Sequence record: PQ471515.1
Direction: 5' to 3' (one strand)
DNA: 64,000 bases
Positions 55,452-64,000 of this stretch are shown here, piece after piece. The notes under the pieces were generated by a model, which had not been told where the DNA came from, did not search any database, and saw only the letters and a program-made list of their open reading frames with translations. Position numbers and translations under genes: made by a program. Position 1 is the stretch's first letter; each line of letters starts with the position of its first letter.

Positions 55452-56025
55452 AGAAATAGAAAGTAAAATTAAGTACTTCAAAGATATTAAAAAACTTTGG
55501 GAAAAGTATAAAATTGATTATCAGTTCCAAGATGATGATACGGTTCAAAGCATTGATATTAATATTCGTGTGAAGTTCAAGAATGGCAATTATGGCGAAG
55601 TTAAATTGAATGCTATTGGTGTATTCCTTAAGGATTATGATGGTTCTTCACTCGCTCAATTCGATTTCACACCTGATCCTGATGATATGTTATTGAGTGA
55701 AGTCAATGCATATGACCTTGAGATGTTTAATGGTAAGCCTTTACTATTCCGCTTATCAGATGAATGGGATGAGATTTACTACACATACAAAGATGGTGTG
55801 ATTCGAGACGTAAATGATGAAGTAGTAAATGATATGGAAGAACGTCTATTTCAAGAATCATGTGTGTCATCGGAGTCATATACATATCAATATCTACTTG
55901 ACATGTTCGATTTGTATAGTAAAATAGATTCAGAAATGAGTACATTGGGTATTCATTATCTTACAATCAACGACTTTGCACAACTTGAAACAGCGGTTAA
56001 AGCCCTGGTCAAAGTACTGAAATAG
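55441..56025 (+). CDS. family C, long type
   Basis: DMEERLFQESCVS. Confidence 0.9.
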   Translation: MNFKEIESKIKYFKDIKKLWEKYKIDYQFQDDDTVQSIDINIRVKFKNGNYGEVKLNAIGVFLKDYDGSSLAQFDFTPDPDDMLLSEVNAYDLEMFNGKPLLFRLSDEWDEIYYTYKDGVIRDVNDEVVNDMEERLFQESCVSSESYTYQYLLDMFDLYSKIDSEMSTLGIHYLTINDFAQLETAVKALVKVLK

Positions 56026-56034
56026 GAATGAATA

Positions 56035-56448
56035 ATGAAACTGTATCATGCGAGTACTGTAAAAATTGATAACTTTTATATCCCGTATGGTGGCCTTCAT
56101 ATGGGTGGCAAACACAGTGCTTTAGAAGCTGCATTACGCAAGCTGAGAAGCCCACTAAACGTCGTTGACGCTGATACAGTATACTTGCATACCTTAGAAG
56201 TTGATGTTGATAACGTGCTTCTATGGACGGATATGGGCAGTGATGATGAATGGCGTGGAGTGATTGAGTACTGCGAAATTAACGGCTATGATGCAGTTCA
56301 GTACCAAAACGATTACGAACCAGATACAGTTCCTAGCTATATGATTTGGGATACGTCTAAGGTTCGCATTATTGAAGTTGATGCGATGCATATGGATGAA
56401 GCTGAAATGATCATCGAAGATTTCCTTGATGAATATGAAGGTGTATAA
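56035..56448 (+). CDS. ADP-ribosyltransferase-like fold protein
   Basis: LYHAS, GLHMG...A...A, GYDAVQYQNDYE...SYMIW match the H-Y-E class/ART-PolyVal-like pattern. Confidence 0.6.
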   Translation: MKLYHASTVKIDNFYIPYGGLHMGGKHSALEAALRKLRSPLNVVDADTVYLHTLEVDVDNVLLWTDMGSDDEWRGVIEYCEINGYDAVQYQNDYEPDTVPSYMIWDTSKVRIIEVDAMHMDEAEMIIEDFLDEYEGV

Positions 56449-56966
56449 TGATTGAACCTATGACAGTACTAGCACGTACTAAATTATTATTGAAGATTGG
56501 TGAGATATTCACTGATATTTTGTACAGTGGGATTGATATACATGAATTAGGCATTAAGCAACCGTGGGAAATAACCAAGTTCTCTGCGTTCTATCGTTTA
56601 TCATATAAAGGGGAAACGGTTCTGGACTGGAACCCCAAAGCCAAATTCATGGAATATGCGGCGTTATATGGAAGCAATGGTGGTATAACAAATAATTTTA
56701 AAGAAATTAAAGTCCTAATTGGGTCAAAGGAATTTAATGATCTACTATATCCAGAATTTAAGTTAACAGAAGAATTAATATTTCAGTACTCTTTGATTTT
56801 AAAAGATCTTAATGATTTAGAGTACTACAAAGAGTTAGTAGATATTTTTATTAATACTCGACTTTCAAAAGATATTGTGATATTCTGGTATGTTGAGTAT
56901 GTTACAGAGGAATTGCTTGAAGAATTTCTTCTAAATATGACAGCAATCAAGGAGAAGTTATGTTAG
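56448..56966 (+). CDS. family C, long type
   Basis: LTEELIFQYSLIL. Confidence 0.9.
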   Translation: MIEPMTVLARTKLLLKIGEIFTDILYSGIDIHELGIKQPWEITKFSAFYRLSYKGETVLDWNPKAKFMEYAALYGSNGGITNNFKEIKVLIGSKEFNDLLYPEFKLTEELIFQYSLILKDLNDLEYYKELVDIFINTRLSKDIVIFWYVEYVTEELLEEFLLNMTAIKEKLC

Positions 56967-57433
56967 ACATTTTAGGAAACATCGATACAGCAAATTATTT
57001 TATTCAAGATGCACTGTTCAATACAGTACAGAAAGGGTTGGATGTACGATGTAATATCCATCAGGGAGATGGGTATTTTGTTGATATCACTGAAACACGC
57101 AAGAACGTGTTCAATTTAAACATTACAACATTAGCACGTCAGAACATTGCACGTATTTTGGTCAATAAAGATGAAGTAGTTCTTCGTTATAATTCCAAAT
57201 TCTTGTTCACATACAAGAAGAAGACTGACATGTTCAGTACTAATTTGTTTGATGAACCCTTCAATCTAGAAGACTTAGAAGCAACTTTCTTTACACAGAA
57301 CACTATGCTGAAATTCAATGATGTTGAATTTTCATCAGAAGTAATGTCTGAAACACTACAAATGGTTAAGGTAGTATTCTATGCTTTTCAACAGTTTAAC
57401 GAAGAACGAAACAAGGTTAACAACAACAGATGA
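56960..57433 (+). CDS. hypothetical, degenerate family C
   Basis: DLEATFFTQNTML. Confidence 0.8.
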   Translation: MLDILGNIDTANYFIQDALFNTVQKGLDVRCNIHQGDGYFVDITETRKNVFNLNITTLARQNIARILVNKDEVVLRYNSKFLFTYKKKTDMFSTNLFDEPFNLEDLEATFFTQNTMLKFNDVEFSSEVMSETLQMVKVVFYAFQQFNEERNKVNNNR

Positions 57434-57794
57434 ACTAATCGCGGCGATGGGAGCCAATGAGAAATACTTCAATGGGATTCATTTTTTTAAAACAGATCTT
57501 AGTGAAAGTAAAGTACTATATGTGTATGGTTCCCAGTACTGCATTGTTACAAAGCACCCCGACGCGATTTCACTAAAATTTAATACTTATTCAAAAAACT
57601 TCTTGACGATTAATAAAAGCAATGTTACTATGTCTGGTATAGGGAATCAGGTTGTTGAGATTCCTTTGGACTCAATTGATTCTATTGAGTTCTTTCAATA
57701 CGAGTGCTTAGGTGTTGATTTTGGTACTGTCAGTACTGAATCTATGCGAACATTAATTAATTTACTTAAAGGTAAAGTTCATGCTTTTAACTAA
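57381..57794 (+). CDS. family C, short type (start uncertain)
   Basis: IDSIEFFQYECLG. Confidence 0.75.
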   Translation: MLFNSLTKNETRLTTTDELIAAMGANEKYFNGIHFFKTDLSESKVLYVYGSQYCIVTKHPDAISLKFNTYSKNFLTINKSNVTMSGIGNQVVEIPLDSIDSIEFFQYECLGVDFGTVSTESMRTLINLLKGKVHAFN

Positions 57795-58281
57795 TTCTAT
57801 GAAGTATTCATTTAAAATTATCAAAGAAATACTAAATGGATCTAAAAATCATAGTGGGTCTTCCTTTACTAGTGACCAGATCCAACACAGTACAAAGGAT
57901 TGTACTGTAATCTTTGGGTTACATAGTCTGCGTTTGACAATAGTAAATAATATTGATAACACAGCAATTGTAATCACCCCATGTCATATTCAGAATGAAA
58001 CTGGTGTATACTTACACCACATGGGGACTGTATTCTACATCTTCAATACTGAAGAAAACATTGTTAAAGAATACAACACACTCAATGTTGATGCGGGTGA
58101 GTTATTTCAATTGAGTACTGTCAATGATTGTAACTTCAGTGACAATGCAGAAGTACTTCCATTGTTTCTAAGTCTTCTCAATAACATGGAAAAACTAACC
58201 ACGGCATACAACAAAAGTGACGTACCGCAAGCAGTATTGAATATCACCGAAGCAATGGAGAAATACAAAGCTGTGACCTAA
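57781..58281 (+). CDS. family C, long type
   Basis: VDAGELFQLSTVND. Confidence 0.85.
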   Translation: MLLTNSMKYSFKIIKEILNGSKNHSGSSFTSDQIQHSTKDCTVIFGLHSLRLTIVNNIDNTAIVITPCHIQNETGVYLHHMGTVFYIFNTEENIVKEYNTLNVDAGELFQLSTVNDCNFSDNAEVLPLFLSLLNNMEKLTTAYNKSDVPQAVLNITEAMEKYKAVT

Positions 58282-58323
58282 TATATGTGCACATGGAGTG
58301 CCTTTGAAGATCAAGGATAGATC

Positions 58324-58797
58324 ATGGAGATTAAAACTGTTGAGAATGGAAAGATAGATGACATTTTAGAGTTGGACGCATTCAAAGTTCATGATATAAT
58401 GTTCAATGTAAAGGACATAATTCAGTGCTTGTTTTTATGCAGTAAAACTATGCACGACTTCTTTCACAATCCAAATACTAATGTTTTTATACTAACAATC
58501 AGTACTAGTAATTCGTTTATCATGGGTATGCCTATGAGTACAAATGACGAGTACATTGATTGTGTTATTCGTAACAATGATAATATTACCCCACAATCTG
58601 AAGTACGTAAGAAAAAGAATACATACACTATCAAAGATGATAAAATCATGATGTGTTGTAGTAAAGGGTTTATTTTGGATAATTTTAAAGTGAAAGATAG
58701 TTATCATGATTTTAAAGTATCAGAGACACAAACTAATGTAGTTCTTTACGCAAGTGATATTGAAAGCCTAACAGTTAAAGATCCCGATTTGGAGTAA
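58324..58797 (+). CDS. hypothetical protein
   Basis: AAGGA RBS, 157 aa. Confidence 0.8.
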   Translation: MEIKTVENGKIDDILELDAFKVHDIMFNVKDIIQCLFLCSKTMHDFFHNPNTNVFILTISTSNSFIMGMPMSTNDEYIDCVIRNNDNITPQSEVRKKKNTYTIKDDKIMMCCSKGFILDNFKVKDSYHDFKVSETQTNVVLYASDIESLTVKDPDLE

Positions 58798-58799
58798 GT

Positions 58800-58931
58800 A
58801 TGGCTAAAAATGTAAACAACTTTGTACAAAAGCATATGAATGAGTTTAATAAACCTCAAACACATGTGGACCGTAAAAAAGCAATGAAGAATGGTAAAGT
58901 AAAACACAAGTCGAGATTTATTCTCGACTAA
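58800..58931 (+). CDS. small basic phage protein, 43 aa
   Basis: GGAG RBS; NFVQKH..EFNKP..H.DRKK..K.G..KHK pattern; terminator hairpin 58909-58938. Confidence 0.75.
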   Translation: MAKNVNNFVQKHMNEFNKPQTHVDRKKAMKNGKVKHKSRFILD

Positions 58932-58960
58932 TTTTTTGTCCAAATTTATGGAGATTGTAT

Positions 58961-59812
58961 ATGTTAGATAGCACTGACTTTCGCAATTTTAAAAAGTATT
59001 CAGTACTTGAACATATCAACGAATTTCTAAATTCCCCAACACCATTTGGCATCAGTACATCAGATACATACGATGGATATAGAATCTTCCCATGCAATGA
59101 CTTTCAAATTTCTGTCAAAAAAGGTACTTCAAAAGAAGTTGCAATTCGTGATGTAGTACTGTATAGCGATTCTTCTATTTCTTACTGTCATGATGTGAAC
59201 AATTTTGAATCTCTTTCAACACCTAATTGTTCATACTACAAATCCAATGACACTATGATGTACAAAGAAGAACACATCAATGGGGTTTCGTTTTATAAAA
59301 CCGCCAGTGATAAATCATATACATCTAGAGATGATTTTGGAAAATATACATGCACTATGTATACGGATGATGAAAAATCAAATCGTATTCATTCATTCGA
59401 ATCCAAATTCAAAGAGAGTGAAGTTTCAAATATCACTATACAAGAAAAGGTTACCGAAGATGGTGTTGTGTATCGTAGTACTGCATTCTTCCGAATGAAA
59501 GATATTGCAACTGGTCGCCCAATGATGTATAATATTGACATATTCATGAAAGGTGAAACATCGGAAGTGGTGATTAGTACTGGTTATCGTGCCAACTACA
59601 CATTTACAATGCATTCACCTGATGCATCGTTGGTACATCTATTCAACAATTTATATACTTTCCAATTCGAACTTGGTTTCGAAACAAATGAATATCAAAT
59701 ATTTGAGATATTAAAAAGTAATATTATTAAGAAATTGGAATATTACTTCCAGTTAGGCGGGAAGATGAACATAGTTAATACTATGTTGTGCAACATAAAA
59801 GAAACAATGTAA
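58961..59812 (+). CDS. hypothetical beta-rich protein
   Basis: GGAG RBS; possible degenerate family C tail. Confidence 0.85.
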   Translation: MLDSTDFRNFKKYSVLEHINEFLNSPTPFGISTSDTYDGYRIFPCNDFQISVKKGTSKEVAIRDVVLYSDSSISYCHDVNNFESLSTPNCSYYKSNDTMMYKEEHINGVSFYKTASDKSYTSRDDFGKYTCTMYTDDEKSNRIHSFESKFKESEVSNITIQEKVTEDGVVYRSTAFFRMKDIATGRPMMYNIDIFMKGETSEVVISTGYRANYTFTMHSPDASLVHLFNNLYTFQFELGFETNEYQIFEILKSNIIKKLEYYFQLGGKMNIVNTMLCNIKETM

Positions 59813-59828
59813 TTATGGAGGATTTGGT

Positions 59829-60122
59829 ATGGATACTAAATTCAAACTTATTTTCAAAACAGAACCGTATATCCCTTATACTGGTGAACGTTTTATTCCA
59901 CCTGGTGCTGTGGAGATTGAGCATCCTGATGGAACAAAATTGTATCTCAGCCCATGTTCGTATGAACGTGCAGTTGAAATGCTAATTATGAATAGCAAAC
60001 ACTGTAGTAATAAGTACATTAGCTACTTATACAATGAACATATTCTAGAATTTAATGATGAGAATATGTTTATGCTGGCTATTAACGATTTCAATAACTG
60101 GCACGAAAGTTTGACTATTTGA
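59829..60122 (+). CDS. hypothetical protein
   Basis: GGAGG RBS. Confidence 0.8.
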   Translation: MDTKFKLIFKTEPYIPYTGERFIPPGAVEIEHPDGTKLYLSPCSYERAVEMLIMNSKHCSNKYISYLYNEHILEFNDENMFMLAINDFNNWHESLTI

Positions 60123-60132
60123 TAAAATATTG

Positions 60133-60160
60133 TGGACATAACAATTCCTTGCGATATAAT
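60133..60160 (+). promoter_or_regulatory. sigma70-type promoter
   Basis: TGGACA-16-TATAAT. Confidence 0.6.
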
Positions 60161-60193
60161 GTTCACATCTTTTTTTGATAAATGGAGATATAG

Positions 60194-60580
60194 ATGAATA
60201 CAAGTTCTGTTCTAAAAGCGATTGGTGGTGTACTTCTGATTGAAGTCCAGGGTGAACCTAAGCTATGTTGCTTAGAAGACATGAAGAATACTAAACACTT
60301 CAGTACTGGACAGATTTTCAATGCTATTCGTGTTCTTAACGACAAATCAGTACAAGACTATGGAAAGGTATGGCCTTCGTATGTAAATCCTGAAGGTGAA
60401 ATTAGTGCTGATTGGAAAACAATTGAAGCAGTACGTGTGAGTTGTGAGAGCGATTGGGATTTCATCGTTGAAGTATGTGACCAACTGCAAGAAGATGTGC
60501 CAGAGATTGTAGAACGTAAAGAAGTTCTTGCACAACTTGATAAATTCCGTCACGGTACTCTACCGTATGACGTAATCTAA
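60194..60580 (+). CDS. hypothetical protein
   Basis: GGAG RBS. Confidence 0.85.
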   Translation: MNTSSVLKAIGGVLLIEVQGEPKLCCLEDMKNTKHFSTGQIFNAIRVLNDKSVQDYGKVWPSYVNPEGEISADWKTIEAVRVSCESDWDFIVEVCDQLQEDVPEIVERKEVLAQLDKFRHGTLPYDVI

Positions 60581-60631
60581 TCTGATTTATTAAAAACTAT
60601 CTAACTAACATTATATAAAAAGGAATTTAAA

Positions 60632-60937
60632 ATGGAAGACAACGGAATGAAATTTGATATGTTTGAAGGTGTACCAGAGTTCGATTTCAATAAACTTGAA
60701 AATGGTGAAGAATCAGAACTAGTAAGTGTTACACTAAAATCAGATACCAAAAAGAAATATTCCCCATCAGTTCGTTCACGTTCTCAAGAAGAATATGAAA
60801 CCTTCATTGAGAGTATTCATTACGAAACGTTCCATCATGCAGATGGTACTCCGTATGAAGTTCGTGTTACAGTACTGAAGCCTGAAGTAAATCAAATGGA
60901 AAATCTACGTCCTGTTTACTGCTGGGCAAGCCACTAA
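60632..60937 (+). CDS. acidic hypothetical protein
   Basis: AAGGA RBS. Confidence 0.85.
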   Translation: MEDNGMKFDMFEGVPEFDFNKLENGEESELVSVTLKSDTKKKYSPSVRSRSQEEYETFIESIHYETFHHADGTPYEVRVTVLKPEVNQMENLRPVYCWASH

Positions 60938-60943
60938 TAAACC

Positions 60944-60977
60944 AAAGGACGGGATATAATATCTCGTCCTTTTTTTT
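60944..60977 (+). terminator. intrinsic terminator
   Basis: AAAGGACGGGAT/ATCTCGTCCTTT stem and T tract. Confidence 0.8.
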
Positions 60978-60989
60978 GTCTGGAGATAT

Positions 60990-61847
60990 ATGAAACTTTA
61001 TCTAATTGTTGACTACAGTAAGGGTTATTATGACTACACAGAAGATTCTGAAGGGTATTGCTCGTCTACTAATGTAAATGTACGCAGCAGTAGTACACAT
61101 GAGCATGAATCTATTACAAATCTAAAAGATTTTATTGCATACCGAGCATTTGAAAAGAATTTCTGTCGTAGTAGATATTCGAAGTTTGAGTACCCGTTGA
61201 TTGATGTTCCTGATGAATTGATGTTCCAGTTAATGCTCACTGGAGTACAAGATTATGATTACATCGCGTACAATCACATTACTAAGAAAATTTATATCGG
61301 TACGTCAACACATGACATTTCTATGTATGCATCATGCCCTGATGATCGAATGAAGGATAGAAATTCACGAAATTCATACAGTAGTGGTTCAGTTGGTTTA
61401 AATGATGCATTAAATAAAAATTTATTCTTTGAGTACGAGTTTGATAATCATCGAGGGAAAAAAGACCGAGAAGATTATTGTACTGAAATTGATAGTTCAA
61501 ATGGATATGAAGAAGTGAAAGAAGCGATAATGCCATATATCCTTGACAAGTACTACAAAGATTTTCAGTACTGTAGTAATTTTCTAATCCGAAATTCTAT
61601 CATAATCGGTCGTCAAAGTACTGCATTCTCTAAGTACTACAATGATTCCCCTGTTGCTGAAAATGAAAACTGTAATGTTCTCTCAATCCCACGTGAAGAT
61701 ATGGTATTCATGTTCACATCTTTCATTGAAGATGATGAGTTGTATGTAAAAAACAAGCACAGGTTCATGCCAAGTAAGATTGAGGTTATGAGAAGCTTAA
61801 GTGCAGATATCTTAACGAATTTCACTGAAAAAACAGAATACAACTGA
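60990..61847 (+). CDS. hypothetical with internal family-C-like motif
   Basis: VPDELMFQLMLT at an internal position; GGAG RBS. Confidence 0.85.
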   Translation: MKLYLIVDYSKGYYDYTEDSEGYCSSTNVNVRSSSTHEHESITNLKDFIAYRAFEKNFCRSRYSKFEYPLIDVPDELMFQLMLTGVQDYDYIAYNHITKKIYIGTSTHDISMYASCPDDRMKDRNSRNSYSSGSVGLNDALNKNLFFEYEFDNHRGKKDREDYCTEIDSSNGYEEVKEAIMPYILDKYYKDFQYCSNFLIRNSIIIGRQSTAFSKYYNDSPVAENENCNVLSIPREDMVFMFTSFIEDDELYVKNKHRFMPSKIEVMRSLSADILTNFTEKTEYN

Positions 61848-61877
61848 GACATACCATAAGTTTATGATATAATGTAA

Positions 61878-61909
61878 GGTGACAGCAGAATATGTTGTCA
61901 CCTTTTTTT
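61878..61909 (+). terminator. intrinsic terminator
   Basis: GGTGACAGCA/TGTTGTCACC stem and T7. Confidence 0.75.
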
Positions 61910-62440
61910 AATCCTGAAAGGTTCCATATGGAAATGATTGAAGCCTAATCCACTCGAAAAGTAGAGGGTAGATGAGTAGTCCTTTCAGTACGAACAGCAA
62001 ATGAAACCCGTTAGATGATGGCATAGTTTGAACCACTCACGGCAATGCGGCTGTATAAAGAACTCCAATAGGATAAAGAGAGTTCCTCGATAGACATATA
62101 AGGATCGCACCTTACCAATTATCTAAGGGAGATTTCATGAGAAATTTGCGGTCGTAATTTATACAAAATAGTTGCGTCCAAAATTCGTGAAATCAAATAC
62201 AAGTACTGGTCATATGGTATTTGTATTATGTGTCGGGATGTTTAAGACCGACGACCGTTGCTACAAGAACCGCGATAGAGAGAAACAGAGCAACCCGCTT
62301 TCGCCTCGTAAGAGAATTCGTGATATGAACTATGTGAAGGCCACCAGCGTCAAACTTTTTTGTTCTTTCCCCTGCGGGGGGATGAAATATGCTCAAGCAA
62401 ACCCCGTCAATATTAATTAAAACAAATCATAGTACTTTCG
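61910..62440. ncRNA. candidate large structured ncRNA region
   Basis: About 530 nt with no credible CDS, GC higher than flanks, several stems. Confidence 0.35.
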
Positions 62441-62469
62441 TTGAATTAGACATGCGAAGCGTGTATAAT
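62441..62469 (+). promoter_or_regulatory. sigma70-type promoter
   Basis: TTGAAT-17-TATAAT. Confidence 0.55.
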
Positions 62470-62527
62470 TCGACTGGTGTTGATGAAGTCAACGCCATGT
62501 ACAGTCATTGATGTTTCCATAGGAATA

Positions 62528-63073
62528 ATGATGTCATTTATTAAAAAATCTAAAAGCGTCACTTATAAAACACTAGAATTTGTTGATTCAGACAATCAGA
62601 ACCAAGACCAAGAGAATTTTACTGGTTTTGTTGTGATTAAAGAAAAGGGATGTATTTCGTACATCAAAGAGTTGCAGTGCGGTTTTGAATTAACTTCCAT
62701 TAAGTTATTCCCAACCAAGAAGCCTACAATTCTTAAAGCTCGTTATGGGAACTACTACGAAGAGCGTTATAGTAATAATCTAATCAGTGCGAAAGCACAT
62801 ATCGTCAATGGAGAACTAGAAGGAGAATATAGAAAATTCAACCCACAAGGAAAATGTGTTTGGGTTAAATACTTCAATTCAGGAAATGATGTAACATCAG
62901 AAATTATTGAGTTTTTAGGTTTAACATGTACCCTTGAAACTCTTCATGATTACAAATTTAATACTGAAGAAGAGTTTAATCTGATGATGCGTTATGGATC
63001 ACATTTTAAATTTTTATATGAATACAACATTGACAGTAGTACTTTTGATGACATAGTACTTAACTGTCTATAA
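62528..63073 (+). CDS. MORN-variant repeat protein with family-C-like tail
   Basis: NGELEGEYRKFNPQGK repeat pattern; NTEEEFNLMMRYG; AGGA RBS. Confidence 0.75.
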   Translation: MMSFIKKSKSVTYKTLEFVDSDNQNQDQENFTGFVVIKEKGCISYIKELQCGFELTSIKLFPTKKPTILKARYGNYYEERYSNNLISAKAHIVNGELEGEYRKFNPQGKCVWVKYFNSGNDVTSEIIEFLGLTCTLETLHDYKFNTEEEFNLMMRYGSHFKFLYEYNIDSSTFDDIVLNCL

Positions 63074-63089
63074 TCAAAGGAAATTATGT

Positions 63090-63614
63090 ATGTCGAAGAA
63101 GGATGCTTCGAAGAAAAAACAATCAGTACATTTCAGTACTGGAAAAGATAACTGGACTACTCCAAAGGATTTCTTTGAAGATTTGGATGAACTCTGGGAA
63201 TTTACACTAGATGCAGCATGTGTTAAAGAAACAGCATTGTGTGATAATTTCTTTACACCAGAAGATAATTCACTTGAACAGGACTGGGGAAACAATATCG
63301 TGTGGCTCAACCCACCGTACAGTGATTTGAAAACGTGGTTATCTAAGGCAGTTGATGCATATAACAAAGGTGCTACAGTACTGATTCTCGTACCATCAAG
63401 AACTGATACTATTGCGTTCCAGGACTATGCGTCTAAGTTATGCGACTGTATTTGTTTTATAAAAGGTCGCTTAAAGTTCGGTATCCCTGAAGAACCAGAT
63501 AAAAAGACGGATAGTGCTCCATTCCCTAGTTGTTTAATAGTACTGGATAAGTATTTGACTCCAGCTAAAATCAACTATCTTAAATCTATTGGTCAGGTGA
63601 TGAAGAACATATGA
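63090..63614 (+). CDS. phage DNA N6-adenine methyltransferase (Dam-like family)
   Basis: DNWTTP, FTLDAAC, WLNPPYS, LVPSRTDT, IKGRLKF, SAPFPS motifs. Confidence 0.9.
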   Translation: MSKKDASKKKQSVHFSTGKDNWTTPKDFFEDLDELWEFTLDAACVKETALCDNFFTPEDNSLEQDWGNNIVWLNPPYSDLKTWLSKAVDAYNKGATVLILVPSRTDTIAFQDYASKLCDCICFIKGRLKFGIPEEPDKKTDSAPFPSCLIVLDKYLTPAKINYLKSIGQVMKNI

Positions 63615-64000
63615 AAGAAACATGCGTAGTGACATTCGGAAGAATTAACCCAGTACATCGTGGTCATGGTTTAGTATTTGAAAAAGCTCAAGCACTACAA
63701 GAACAGTACAATGCGGATTTGAAAATATTCCTTAGCACCAGTACTGATGCCGTCAAAAACCCATTACCTCCTGAACTGAAAATGTACTATACAGAAGGAT
63801 TTTACCCATCTGTACAAGAAAATATCTATACAGAAGATAATCTGTTTGATATAATGAGAGAACTGGATGGAAAGTACTTAGATGTTCTTTTCATATGTGG
63901 TTCAGACAGACTTGAACCATTCCAAAAAACGCTTGACACGTACAATGGGAAGTTATATAATTTTTGTTCAATCAAGGCAGTTCAAGCTGGAATTGATCGA
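63611..64000 (+). CDS. HxGH-type (cytidylyltransferase-like) nucleotidyltransferase, cut by window end
   Basis: TFGRINPVHRGH and ICGSDR motifs. Confidence 0.8.
   Translation, partial: MKETCVVTFGRINPVHRGHGLVFEKAQALQEQYNADLKIFLSTSTDAVKNPLPPELKMYYTEGFYPSVQENIYTEDNLFDIMRELDGKYLDVLFICGSDRLEPFQKTLDTYNGKLYNFCSIKAVQAGIDR

Noticed and set aside
62172-62420. 82 aa ORF with TTG start
   Set aside because: No RBS, atypical composition, lies within the structured non-coding candidate.
3246-63367. Minus-strand and alternate-frame ORFs in the track (for example 3246, 6081, 9077, 13780, 18247, 29540, 33763, 38256, 47370, 63074)
   Set aside because: Shadows of better-supported + strand genes or promoter repeats; no RBS or promoter and atypical composition.
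1-64000. tRNA, rRNA, integrase or transposase genes
   Set aside because: No cloverleaf with T-loop GTTCRA plus acceptor stem, no rRNA-like tract, and no recognisable recombinase or transposase motifs were seen.

Overview
AT-rich segment of a large lytic dsDNA (jumbo-type) phage genome, nearly all genes on the + strand. The host is probably Enterobacterales (sigma70-type promoters, E. coli-type Chi sites, TraR/YbiI-like and H-NS-like genes); the layout resembles RaK2/GAP32/CBB-like jumbo phages, which is inference and not a database result. Layout: (1) 93-1091, five small paralogs (family A). (2) About 1.1-3.0 kb, ORF-free and densely structured. (3) About 3.0-22.2 kb, an early/host-takeover block of about 55 small genes, most with their own strong promoter and a 5' stem-loop; it also holds two families of promoter-driven ORF-less elements and at least 11 Chi sites, and may be a long terminal repeat. 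(4) 22.46-28.6 kb, a contiguous array of 28 paralogs of about 70 aa with an LGTNYQ motif (family B, 33 in total). (5) 28.6-63 kb, about 50-58 genes with unrelated N-termini and a shared C-terminal EEExFQxS(L/T)(V/I)(Y/W/F) module (family C). (6) The window ends with a candidate large ncRNA region, a Dam-family adenine methyltransferase and a truncated HxGH nucleotidyltransferase. The strongest unexplained signal: reading line by line I find no ACT trinucleotide on the + strand from 30006 to 38792 (about 8.8 kb, all frames), although GTAC/AGTACT is highly iterated in the rest of the window. All counts were made by eye and need script confirmation. No tRNA, rRNA or CRISPR array was found.
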